Assembly (NCBI GenBank): GCA_963977445.1
Contig: CAXBPH010000002.1
Coordinates: 1-64,000, forward strand
DNA: 64,000 bases
Direction: 5' to 3'
DNA from: an uncultured bacterium
Lineage (GTDB): Bacteria; Hydrogenedentota; Hydrogenedentia; Hydrogenedentales; JAEUWI01
Within the stretch, counting starts at the first letter, position 1, and each line of letters starts with the position of its first letter. The notes under the pieces were generated by a model. The model was given only the letters and a program-made list of their open reading frames with translations. It was not told where the DNA came from and searched no databases. Positions 50,427 through 59,950 of the stretch are shown in pieces. The translations under genes were made by a program, and so were the position numbers.

Positions 50427-50822
50427 ATGAAAAAAAGACTATTGATTCTGATAGCATTCACGGTCAGCGCAGTATCTACCGGGGTTTTCGCGGACTCCTG
50501 CTCGAAATGGCTGGATGCCGGATGGTGTCGGGGCCCATGGTCTTGCTCCAGTTTTTGCGCCACGACAGATTATGAGTGCGTGGATATGGGGGCGAAAGAA
50601 ATTGTACCGGTTCGAATGAAGAAAGAATGTGTGCGTGGTGATTGGGTATTCGGGTGCGAAAACCGTGGGACCCCGAAGACGGATTGTGCGGATGTTCGCG
50701 ACTGCACTTTTCTCCAGGATTTGGTATGCAGCAGCGATCCCATAAAGTATGAATGTTACTCGAGTCAAACCCCGGTCACCGTGGTGTGGTGGGTGATTAA
50801 CTATGACAGCCTTTGCGTTTAG
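50427..50822 (+). CDS. Secreted cysteine-rich small protein (131 aa, 12 Cys)
   Basis: gagga RBS; Sec signal MKKRLLILIAFTVSAVSTGVFA; 12 Cys in the mature part. Confidence 0.75.
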   Translation: MKKRLLILIAFTVSAVSTGVFADSCSKWLDAGWCRGPWSCSSFCATTDYECVDMGAKEIVPVRMKKECVRGDWVFGCENRGTPKTDCADVRDCTFLQDLVCSSDPIKYECYSSQTPVTVVWWVINYDSLCV

Positions 50823-50956
50823 CGCCGCGAGTTCGACCCATGCAACCCGATAGTGCCGGTGCCAACATAGTAGCGGAAGATCTTTATCATACCGGTTGAG
50901 GTCCAGGCTTCCGCCTGTCGCATTGGCTGGACTCGAGAACATGAATAGGGGGTGTT

Positions 50957-51913
50957 ATGCGGAAACTGGTACGAAAAATTCTTCCCGCGCTGGTCTTTCT
51001 GGCATTGGTCCTGGTGACGTTGCACGTTATCTTTCTCAACGCCCTGCGCCAGTCACACAGCGAGGGCGCTTTGATGGGCGAAGCGGAGTTAATCCATACC
51101 TTTCAATTGAGGAACTACAGTTGGCATCGAATTGACGTTGGCGATGCTCATACCTCCTGTGGGTGTACGGTGGTGGCGGATTTGCCGAAGAGCATCGAGC
51201 CCTTTCAACGACTGGATATCCCGATCAGAATCGATCTCAGTGGTCGATCAGGAAAGTTTCAATCGAAAGTCTCTTTGAGTCTGCCGCCCTTTGGACTTGC
51301 CGAATTTGAAATTGTAGCCGATGTATATCCGGTGCTCCCTGCGGTTATCGAATTGGGTGACGTGCAGAAAGGTGCCGTCATCGAAAAGGTATTCGCCGCC
51401 GATGAGCGTGTCTTCAATAGTTCGAGTGAGTTTTCGAATGACAATATGACCGTGGAGGCGAGGGTGGTGGAAGGTCAGCCGATACTTTCCCTGGCGATTC
51501 ACGCGCCGATGGAGAGCGGGGACTTTGCGTTTTCCATGGGCGAGGGTTCGGCGTCTCCTACGGTCAACGGCCGGGTCCTGAAAGAGGTGCAGGCCAGCGT
51601 CGACACCCTCTCGCTAGGGTATATCCGTTTGGGTGCGGGCGAGGAGCGGTCTACGACCGGCGAAGTGGCTTTCGTCTCCACCACGGGCGCGTTAATCGCC
51701 TGGCAGCAGGGTTCAAGCGTCCATTCAGATAAGGTGTCGATTCGTGAAGCGCCTTCGGAGGCGGGAGTTACCCTCGCCGTTACGCTGGAGACGCCACAGA
51801 CGGGCGGTCTCTATAAGGAAAATTTGGAGTTTTATTTTACGGTGGAAGGGGACCCAGAAATGATTCGAGTGCCGGTTGAGCTCTATGCCTATGTATTGGA
51901 GGACATCTCTTGA
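50957..51913 (+). CDS. DUF1573-domain (Ig-like) membrane-anchored protein
   Basis: N-terminal TM; HTFQLRN...TSCGCT...IEP signature. Confidence 0.8.
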   Translation: MRKLVRKILPALVFLALVLVTLHVIFLNALRQSHSEGALMGEAELIHTFQLRNYSWHRIDVGDAHTSCGCTVVADLPKSIEPFQRLDIPIRIDLSGRSGKFQSKVSLSLPPFGLAEFEIVADVYPVLPAVIELGDVQKGAVIEKVFAADERVFNSSSEFSNDNMTVEARVVEGQPILSLAIHAPMESGDFAFSMGEGSASPTVNGRVLKEVQASVDTLSLGYIRLGAGEERSTTGEVAFVSTTGALIAWQQGSSVHSDKVSIREAPSEAGVTLAVTLETPQTGGLYKENLEFYFTVEGDPEMIRVPVELYAYVLEDIS

Positions 51914-54174
51914 ATTCCTCCCGAACGAAACGCTCTTCTTCCCGCGGTGTTTTTGGCTTTGCAGTAGGTCTGACGGCCTTATTAATTGCGGCGGTCATCG
52001 CATACGCTATTTTCGGTCGCGGAGAAACGACGCCGCCGATTGTTACCGAGCCCGGAGAGCTTCTGGTCGTCTCAGAGCACCCGGCGGAGGCCTCCGATTT
52101 TGTGGAAGTGCCGCACCAGGCACCGGACACAGCCAGACCGTTGGGCGAGGGTATCGTGGATGTTCGGGTGGTCGACGGGGTGGGCCAGCCTGTTGCTGAC
52201 GCAGTGCTTCGCTTGGAGTGCCAAGCCGTGGAAGGCGACGACGGAGACCGTCTCCCACTGCTGGACGCCACCACCGATAGCGCGGGCACGGGTAGTTTCG
52301 GTCAGTTGCCCTGGGGCCGCTATAGCGTATCTGCCACCGTTGGGGACGAAGCCGGCAGGGAAAACGTTACCCTGCGGGAAGAGCGTCCCCGGATTTTACT
52401 CGAACTCATACTGGCACCCTCGGGGGGGATCGACGGCATCGTGTTGGATGGGGAAGGTACCCCCCTCGCCGATGTAACGCTTACCATGCTCAATGTGGCC
52501 ACCGGTCCAGATAAAATAACAACAACACAGTCGCAAGAAGATGGAACCTTTCTATTCAGCGATCTACCACTCGGCCGCTACCAGATACAGTCGGAGGCGG
52601 CGGGATTTGCTGCTGGACTGACCGAAATCCTGGAGATTGGCGGTAAGGCCGTGACGATTGTGATGGGGCCTGGTGGGCAGCTGGCAGGAAAAATTCATCA
52701 GCTTGGGACGTCGACGCCCGTTGCGGATGTGAGCGTACACATCGAGGGGAACGGCTACGTAGGAATCGACTACGAAGTCGTGAGTGATGAAGCAGGTGCC
52801 TTTCAACTGGAGCATGTCGCGCCCGGTGTATTGGTGGTAACCAGCGACGATAAAACCTACGCCCTGAACCCGTCCCGAAACGTCGTTTCTGTCGAAATGG
52901 ACCAGGCGGCATCGACGACGTTGTATGTCGAGGCGGCCGGTACCGTTTCGGGGCGCGTATTCGAGGCGGATAGCGGTGCGCCCATCGCCGGTGCGGTGAT
53001 ATCGATTTCCGGGCCGGACAATCTGGGGCGTTTTTGGAACTCCCAGCCCACCGATGAGGAAGGCCGCTACCAGCTTACGTCCCTGATGCCGGGCCCGCTG
53101 ACGGCGCGCCTGTCCAAGATGCCCCCGCCGTCTGAATTCAGCATAGCGTCTTCGCCAACCCAGCTTATTGACCTTCAGCCCGGAGAAGCCAAAGCCGATG
53201 TGGACTTTCCGGTCGATCCGGGACAAAGTATATGCGGGACCGTGGTGGACAGCGCAGGCCTTCCCGTAGCCATGGCGCGGGTCGTTCTGATGAAATATCG
53301 GCCTCGGGAGGAATCGGCATTTGACCGGACCATAACCATTACGGATCGGGACGGACGCTTCTGTATCTACAACGTCGCGGTGACCATGGTCGAGGTGGAG
53401 CCGGACGTCTTCGAGCCGGAGTTCTTGACGCTCGAGGCCAGCTTTCACGAACAGCGCAGTGAGCCCATTACCTTTCCCAACTATTCAGAAAGCCTTTCGG
53501 ACGTAACGCTAAAACTCGCGCCCTCGGCCACGGGGGTGATTGCCGGTTTGGTGGTGGACGACCACGGGGTTCCCGCCCATGCAACCGTTTCGTTGCGCCA
53601 TCCCTACATGACGAGTGGTTTCAGTGCGCGGAGTTATCACACCGAATCGGATGGCCATTTCCTGTTTCAACACCTGGACGCGGAAGATTATGAAATCTGG
53701 CTGGCTGTCGATAATGGGACCGGGTACAACGGTGGAAAGAAACTGGCCCACAGTCTGACCCTCGGGCCGGGCGAGCGAAAATTGGACCTGCGTCTGGTGG
53801 TCCGCGAAGGGGGAGTGATCACTGGGACCGTGCGTGACGCCGACGGCAATCCGATCCAGGGTTTCGATGTGGAGGCGTGGGATATGGATATTGGGGATTA
53901 TGAAAGTTCCGCCAAGACCGATATAGAAGGACACTTCGAAATCACCAGCCTCAATGGTACACGCTATGACTTACATCCCGATGGGGCCGATGATCAGGGG
54001 CGCTATTGGGGCGTACCCGCGAAGCCGGGGGATGATGTTGATATCGTACTGACGCCCGATTTTTACGAGCGCTATAAGGCCAAGACGATGATTTGGATTA
54101 TCGATCCCGAGACCGGAGAAGAAGTGACCGTATTCGAAGACTACGTGCCACCGGTACAAGAGGTGTCGGAGTAG
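51910..54174 (+). CDS. Membrane-anchored protein with about 6 carboxypeptidase-regulatory-like repeats
   Basis: TTGA overlap with the upstream gene; repeated GxVxDxxGxP...TDxxGxF units. Confidence 0.78.
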   Translation: MNSSRTKRSSSRGVFGFAVGLTALLIAAVIAYAIFGRGETTPPIVTEPGELLVVSEHPAEASDFVEVPHQAPDTARPLGEGIVDVRVVDGVGQPVADAVLRLECQAVEGDDGDRLPLLDATTDSAGTGSFGQLPWGRYSVSATVGDEAGRENVTLREERPRILLELILAPSGGIDGIVLDGEGTPLADVTLTMLNVATGPDKITTTQSQEDGTFLFSDLPLGRYQIQSEAAGFAAGLTEILEIGGKAVTIVMGPGGQLAGKIHQLGTSTPVADVSVHIEGNGYVGIDYEVVSDEAGAFQLEHVAPGVLVVTSDDKTYALNPSRNVVSVEMDQAASTTLYVEAAGTVSGRVFEADSGAPIAGAVISISGPDNLGRFWNSQPTDEEGRYQLTSLMPGPLTARLSKMPPPSEFSIASSPTQLIDLQPGEAKADVDFPVDPGQSICGTVVDSAGLPVAMARVVLMKYRPREESAFDRTITITDRDGRFCIYNVAVTMVEVEPDVFEPEFLTLEASFHEQRSEPITFPNYSESLSDVTLKLAPSATGVIAGLVVDDHGVPAHATVSLRHPYMTSGFSARSYHTESDGHFLFQHLDAEDYEIWLAVDNGTGYNGGKKLAHSLTLGPGERKLDLRLVVREGGVITGTVRDADGNPIQGFDVEAWDMDIGDYESSAKTDIEGHFEITSLNGTRYDLHPDGADDQGRYWGVPAKPGDDVDIVLTPDFYERYKAKTMIWIIDPETGEEVTVFEDYVPPVQEVSE

Positions 54175-54247
54175 CCAGCGCCCGGGGACTCGAAAATCGG
54201 TACCCCTTATTGTATAGTGATGGGAACCCTACCAGGAGGCCATCGCC

Positions 54248-55525
54248 ATGACACGTAGACCAACCCGCCGTCACTTTATGAAGTCAGCCACGAGCCTGTT
54301 GGCCGCCCCCTATATCGCGGGCAAGTCGTGGGCCCAGGCAGCCCCGAGCGAACAGATTACCTTGGGCTGCATCGGCCTGGGAAATCACGGCACGGGCTGG
54401 AACCTGAAATACTTTCTCGACATACCCGAAGCCCGGGTCGTTGCGGTATGCGATGTATTTGCAGATCGTCGCGAAAATGCCCGGGCGAAGGTGAATGCCG
54501 CCTATGGAAACGAAGATTGTACCGCCTATGCCGATTTTCGGGACGTGCTGGCGCGGAAGGACATCGACGCCGTCGTAATCTCCACACCCGACCACTGGCA
54601 CGTTCTCCTGTCGGTCTTGGCGGCCCGTGCGGGGAAAGACGTCTTTTGCGAAAAGCCCACGTTGACCATTGGCGAGGGTCAGGCCCTGGTGAAGGTGATT
54701 GGGGAAACGGGTGTTATGTATCAGGGCGGCATCGAAGACCGTTCGGTGGCCATCTACCATCGCATGGCCGAGCTGGTGCGGAATGGGGCCCTCGGAAAAC
54801 TCGATAATATTCGGGTGGCCCTGCCGCCCGGTGACGCCTTTCCGAAAGAAGAGCCCGTGCCCGTTCCTGAAGGGCTGGACTACGAAATGTGGCTCGGGCC
54901 CGCGCCCTTTAGCCCTTATACACCCACCAAGTTGGGTGCACAGGAATGGCGGAATCATTTCGACTACTCCGGTGGAAAGCTGACCGATTGGGGCGCTCAT
55001 CTCATGGATACGGCTCAGGTGGCCCTCTACGAAGAACATGGCGGGCCGGTGAAGGTTTCGGGGGTGGGTGATTTTCCCGTGGACTGCATGGCCAATACGG
55101 CGACGAACTACGACATCGACTATACCTACGGCAATGGCGTCACCATGAAGGTAAAATCCGACGGGGCAGGTATTGGATTCTATGGCAGCGATGGCTGGAT
55201 AAAGAGCAATGGCTGGCGCAGTCCTATCGAAGCCAGTGAACCGGGGCTCCTGGAGTTGGTCTATCCCGCCGAGACCAACAAGATGTATCCCCTGCCTGCC
55301 AGTGAGCACCAGGCCTTTATCGACGCCGTAAAGGCACGGAAGATGCCCTACTACAGTCCGGAGGATATCCATCGCCTCAGCACGGCCATGCATCTGGGCA
55401 ATATTTCCATGCGCCTCGGGCGGAGCCTCTCTTGGGATCCGGTCAATGAGGTCGTCCTCAACGACGATGAGGCGAATGGAATGAGAGCACGAAAAATGCG
55501 GGGCCCCTGGACACTCGACGTGTAG
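54248..55525 (+). CDS. Tat-exported Gfo/Idh/MocA oxidoreductase
   Basis: TRRHFMK; GCIGLG; ISTPDHWH; CEKP; DWGAHLMD. Confidence 0.92.
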   Translation: MTRRPTRRHFMKSATSLLAAPYIAGKSWAQAAPSEQITLGCIGLGNHGTGWNLKYFLDIPEARVVAVCDVFADRRENARAKVNAAYGNEDCTAYADFRDVLARKDIDAVVISTPDHWHVLLSVLAARAGKDVFCEKPTLTIGEGQALVKVIGETGVMYQGGIEDRSVAIYHRMAELVRNGALGKLDNIRVALPPGDAFPKEEPVPVPEGLDYEMWLGPAPFSPYTPTKLGAQEWRNHFDYSGGKLTDWGAHLMDTAQVALYEEHGGPVKVSGVGDFPVDCMANTATNYDIDYTYGNGVTMKVKSDGAGIGFYGSDGWIKSNGWRSPIEASEPGLLELVYPAETNKMYPLPASEHQAFIDAVKARKMPYYSPEDIHRLSTAMHLGNISMRLGRSLSWDPVNEVVLNDDEANGMRARKMRGPWTLDV

Positions 55526-55578
55526 GCGGCGTCGTGCTTGCTGTTGCTGCGGAAGGCCGACAATGCATTACGTTCCCC

Positions 55579-55614
55579 CACGGGCAAGCCCTTGCGGGCT
55601 TGTCCGTGCCACCC
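55579..55614. repeat. REP-like palindromic element, copy 3
   Basis: cacgggcaagccc-ttgc-gggcttgtccgtg-ccaccc. Confidence 0.8.
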
Positions 55615-55705
55615 CGACGAACGTTCTTTTGTTGTCGTTCCTCTTGCTGAAACGGGTTTGCAATTGCCATCCGCTTGGTGGACGTCGGCAGGTAACATTA
55701 ATTAC

Positions 55706-55741
55706 GGGTGCCACGGACAAGTCCGGTAGGACTTGCCCGTG
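55706..55741. repeat. REP-like palindromic element, copy 4 (inverted, forms a doublet with copy 3)
   Basis: gggtgc-cacggacaagtcc-ggta-ggacttgcccgtg. Confidence 0.8.
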
Positions 55742-55793
55742 TCGGCTGACGTGGTAGCGACGTTGGACTCTCTGTTCTCTCTCGGGCCTGTCG

Positions 55794-57014
55794 TTACCGG
55801 GGCGGGGTGTCGTAGTGGGCGAGATACTCGGCCAGGGCACGATACATCCAGGCCACCCCCCAGCGTGGGTGAGTAATCTTGCTGGTGAAGCCTTTGTATT
55901 TTCGGTAGTACGGGGCTCCCGTTTCCGGGTCACGCATTGCACTCCAGGCCCAACGGAGGGCCTGGTTTGCCTGTCTTTTGGTGCCCATGAAGGTCTCCGA
56001 GAGCACCGTGGGACACAAGATGGCTTCGGCACAGGCGTGTATATTTACCGGGTAGGTGCTGGCCTCGCTCTGGGGCATGCCGTCTTCATCGTAGAGGCTA
56101 TCCTTGTAATAGGCGTAACCCCGCTTCAGGGCATGGGCCACGATCTTGTTGTCGGCGTGACGGTTAATCGCCGCCAACGACCGCAACACGAAGCCCGTAT
56201 GGTGGTGATCCACCATGGCGAGGAGTCCCGGTTCAAAGGGGTCTTCCGCCCGATAGTGTCCGTAGGGAAAAGCACCATCATCGCGCTGATGATCGAGGGT
56301 AAACTGGAGCGCCTGGAGGGCCGTTCGCGCCATGTCTTCATCGTCCGTGAGCACCGCCACCTCCAACAGATGTTGGGCTACCAGGAGGTTGACGTTGTGA
56401 ACGCGGCGCTGGTCTTCGGGGCCATAGCAAAAACAGCAGGCCCTGTCGGAAGGCGCATAACGGGGTACGGCATTTAGAAAATGAGTCGCGATGGCCACGG
56501 CGCTATCCAGATAGTTTCGGTCGCCGGTAACTTCCCACGCCAGCAGAAAGGCCTCGCCCGCAATCGCACCAATCACGCAGACCGGTGAATTGGGTTCCGT
56601 CGCCAGTCCTTTCGCCCGAAGGGCAAAAGGATATCCCCAGCTCAGGCCGGCATACCCCCTATGGGCGTGGTCCAGCAGCCACTGCAGATGATCGGCAGCA
56701 CCTTCGCGAAAAGTAGGGTCTCCCGTGCACTGAAAAAGACGTAACTTTCCAATCGCCAGGAGGGCGTGGGTCTTGGGATTTTCCGTGGGCCGAATCTGCA
56801 ATAGACGTCGGGACACGTGGGGGGCGAAATCACAGAGGACCGTGCTCACGCGGCGGAGGAATGGATGGGGCTGCAGTGCCTGAATACGGGGGTGGGCCTT
56901 AATGTCGAAGGGGTCGGGGCCGACCGTTCCATGGCGTTCAAGCCAAACGGTTAATTCAGAGAGCCACTCTTGCGCCAGGGCGATGTCGGGGTCATTCGAG
57001 GGTGTCAGGGGCAT
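55794..57014 (-). CDS. (alpha/alpha)-barrel protein of the type found in polysaccharide loci
   Basis: SWGYPF, VHNVN, QRDDGAFPY, DHHHTGF, RWGVAWM; directly downstream of a GT4 gene. Confidence 0.6.
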   Translation of the reverse strand: MPLTPSNDPDIALAQEWLSELTVWLERHGTVGPDPFDIKAHPRIQALQPHPFLRRVSTVLCDFAPHVSRRLLQIRPTENPKTHALLAIGKLRLFQCTGDPTFREGAADHLQWLLDHAHRGYAGLSWGYPFALRAKGLATEPNSPVCVIGAIAGEAFLLAWEVTGDRNYLDSAVAIATHFLNAVPRYAPSDRACCFCYGPEDQRRVHNVNLLVAQHLLEVAVLTDDEDMARTALQALQFTLDHQRDDGAFPYGHYRAEDPFEPGLLAMVDHHHTGFVLRSLAAINRHADNKIVAHALKRGYAYYKDSLYDEDGMPQSEASTYPVNIHACAEAILCPTVLSETFMGTKRQANQALRWAWSAMRDPETGAPYYRKYKGFTSKITHPRWGVAWMYRALAEYLAHYDTPPR

Positions 57015-57039
57015 GGTTGCACGGGCTTTCGATTCGGAC

Positions 57040-58110
57040 TCATGATTTTCTTCCGATAGACAACAACAATTCCTTAAATACGGGATAATACACGTCATGG
57101 CTGTAACGTGTCGCTACCGTCTTGCGGGCGGCCCGGCCCATTCGCTCTCGCAGTTCGGGGTCGACGATGAGTCGGGTAAGCTTTTCTTGCCACTCTTCCG
57201 GGGTGTTGGCATGGAAGCCGTCCACCCCGTCGGTTATCACATCACGATTCATTCCCACCGGTGAGAGCACGACTGGCGTGCCCACGGCCATGTATTGGAG
57301 GGCTTTGAAGGCACATTTGCCCCGGGCGCGCGCGGTGTCGTGCAGCGGCATAAGGCCGATGTCGGCGTGCTGAAGGTAGGCGATTTCATCCTCCAGGACC
57401 CATTCGGCGTTTTCCACCGTGACCCCCTCAAGTTCATAGGGTTTTCCTGTGGCAATATGGAGCGTTATCGCGTTGGTGCTCGCCAGGGCCTGCAATACCG
57501 GCTCGATGGGCTCCAGATAACCGAGATTGTCCTTGAGACCCGTCCATCCGAGGCATACCTCGTCTCGAATTGTGTAGGTCTTGCCTTCATGAAGGGGCAT
57601 ATCAATGCACGTGGGGATGACCGTCACCGCCGCATTTAACGGGCGCACATAATTGGCCAGAGTCTCATTGCCCACAATACAATGGGCACAGCGCCGCGCC
57701 ATTTTTTTTGTCCAGCCATAATCCACCAGCCGCAGAAAGAAACTATCCACGTGGGCCGGAGGTTCCCAGATGGCATCATCCAGATCAATGATAACGCGGC
57801 GATTGAGCAGGCAGACCAATCGTTCCAGCACGGGCGGTCCATAAGGGAACAGCTTGCCCCGGAACACGATTGCGTCGGCCCGTGGCACATGGCGTAGCTG
57901 GCCCAGGCGACGGAGTAATACCTTCGCCAACAGTATCACCTTTTGCAGCGGCCCTGCCCCATCGTAGTAACGCTCCTCTTCGGCCATGGACATGGGGAGC
58001 GCCACGGTGCACTGGTGGCCCTCCACTTCCAGCATGGCGGCGAAGGTGCCGATGCGATAGCGGATGGCCGCGATGCGGCTGGAGGCGTTTCCAAAGAAAA
58101 GAATGTGCAT
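57040..58110 (-). CDS. GT4-family glycosyltransferase
   Basis: DLDDAIW, GWTG, DIGLMPL, GKCAFKALQYMAVGTPVV.SPVG. Confidence 0.9.
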   Translation of the reverse strand: MHILFFGNASSRIAAIRYRIGTFAAMLEVEGHQCTVALPMSMAEEERYYDGAGPLQKVILLAKVLLRRLGQLRHVPRADAIVFRGKLFPYGPPVLERLVCLLNRRVIIDLDDAIWEPPAHVDSFFLRLVDYGWTKKMARRCAHCIVGNETLANYVRPLNAAVTVIPTCIDMPLHEGKTYTIRDEVCLGWTGLKDNLGYLEPIEPVLQALASTNAITLHIATGKPYELEGVTVENAEWVLEDEIAYLQHADIGLMPLHDTARARGKCAFKALQYMAVGTPVVLSPVGMNRDVITDGVDGFHANTPEEWQEKLTRLIVDPELRERMGRAARKTVATRYSHDVYYPVFKELLLSIGRKS

Positions 58111-58298
58111 AGCGGGAGTGTACCGAAGCCTTTGCATCGTAGTCTATCGAATAGACAATCCGATTGCCGACCACGTGTATTCGTTGCCATGGCGACGATC
58201 CACCATAACGACGCTGATGAGGGACTTGCTGTTCACAAGCAATCTGGCGTAGGCTTGGAAGTTCTCGCCGACAAAACCAACATTCAGGAGTATGGGTT

Positions 58299-59825
58299 AT
58301 GAAAAAGTGTTTTTTGAACATGATGGCACTGGTCATCCTGAGCTGCGTCCCGCAGGTTCTGGCGGTCGAGCCTGGTATTGTCATCAACGAAGACAACAGC
58401 CACTTTTACACGACCCGCTCCGCCGACGAGATGTCCCTCGAAGGGCTCAACGCTTTCGTTGACCAATATGCGGATACCAAAGTGAGTCACCTCTTCCTGA
58501 GCCCCAACTCGATGCGGGCGAGCTTCAAGAGTTCCACCCGTGAGGCCATCTGGGAGCTGGGCGACCAGGAAATGCCGGAAGGCGCGGGCGCGAAGTGGAT
58601 GAGCAATGCCCGTCTGCTCCATGAGCGCGGTCTGGACCCCTACGCAGTATGGATCGCCCGTTCCCGGGAAAAAGGTATCTCGCCCTGGCTCACCATGCGC
58701 ATGAATGACATTCACGACGTCCCCAATACCAAGAGCTACATGCACAGCACCTTCTGGCTGCAACACCCCGAATTCTGGCGCGTGCCCAACGACACCAGCG
58801 GCGGGTGGACCGTTCGCGCCCTCGACTATGGCCACGAAGCCGTTCGCGAGCACAACATGGCTTTCGTCAAAGAGCTCCTGGAGCGCTACGATCCCGATGG
58901 CCTCGAACTCGACTGGATGCGTTTTGGGTGGCATTTCAAAGCCGGTGAGGAAGCCGCAGGCGTTAAAATTCTGAACGAATTCATGCAAGAGGTGCGTGCC
59001 CTCACCGAAGCGTGGGGGAAAAAGCGGGGCCATCCCATTAAGCTCGGTGTGCGCGTGCCTGCTCATCCCGATGCCGCCCGAGGACTCGGTATGGATGCGG
59101 TCGCCTGGGCGAAAGCGGGACTGGTGGATATGATTGTGCCCTGTCCCTTCTGGACCTCCTCCGATTTTGACATTCCCGTGGAACTATGGCGCGAACAACT
59201 GGGTGATGCCGCCCATGACTTAATTCTCGCGCCCGGTCTGGAATTCAATACCCGTGCCTATCCCGGTGGGCCCGCGGTTGCCAACGATCTTCCGTCTACG
59301 CGGGGCTTTGCCGCCAGTGCCTGGTATCGTGGTGCAGACCAAATCTATCTGTTTAACTACATGGATTCCGAGACCATCCCCGTGAGTCAATCGGACTACC
59401 GGATTCTTGTGGAGCAGGGCCTGGCGCTAGATGTGGTGACCCGTGCGCCGCGCCGCCACATTCAGGCCTTTCGTGATACCGTGCCGTCGGGCTTCCCCAA
59501 CGGGGCCGTGCTTCCGGCGACCGGTCCGGAAGCGTCGTTCACCATAAATATCGGGCCCCGCCCAGAAAAGGGTGTTGTTACATTTCACATCGGCCTGGGC
59601 AACGGGGAAGGTGTTGACTCCGCTACCTACACCGCCATCGTGAACGGGACCCCCTGTGGCGCAAGTTCGGATAGGGAGAATCCTGGGACCTTTCCCGGTG
59701 CCGTGCGGGCGCTGTCCTTTACCTGTCCCCCCGACGCCGTTCGGGATGGGGCCAACTCGGTTGTCGTAACGCAGCCAGAGGGACAACAGATTGTCTGGGC
59801 AGAATTTCGGGTCGACCCCTTGTAA
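58299..59825 (+). CDS. Secreted TIM-barrel glycoside hydrolase-like protein (GHL10-like)
   Basis: Signal peptide; INED, MRMNDIHD, LDYGHEAVR, DGLELDWMR, YLFNY. Confidence 0.7.
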   Translation: MKKCFLNMMALVILSCVPQVLAVEPGIVINEDNSHFYTTRSADEMSLEGLNAFVDQYADTKVSHLFLSPNSMRASFKSSTREAIWELGDQEMPEGAGAKWMSNARLLHERGLDPYAVWIARSREKGISPWLTMRMNDIHDVPNTKSYMHSTFWLQHPEFWRVPNDTSGGWTVRALDYGHEAVREHNMAFVKELLERYDPDGLELDWMRFGWHFKAGEEAAGVKILNEFMQEVRALTEAWGKKRGHPIKLGVRVPAHPDAARGLGMDAVAWAKAGLVDMIVPCPFWTSSDFDIPVELWREQLGDAAHDLILAPGLEFNTRAYPGGPAVANDLPSTRGFAASAWYRGADQIYLFNYMDSETIPVSQSDYRILVEQGLALDVVTRAPRRHIQAFRDTVPSGFPNGAVLPATGPEASFTINIGPRPEKGVVTFHIGLGNGEGVDSATYTAIVNGTPCGASSDRENPGTFPGAVRALSFTCPPDAVRDGANSVVVTQPEGQQIVWAEFRVDPL

Positions 59826-59950
59826 CCGTGGAATGGTCAATAAGTCGGTAGCGAACGTCAAAGGTTTAATTCGCCGTCCTTTCGTGTATTATTGGGAAAG
59901 CGCAACAAGAGTTCTGAATAATTCCAGATATAGGGTCCAAGTCAATTGGG

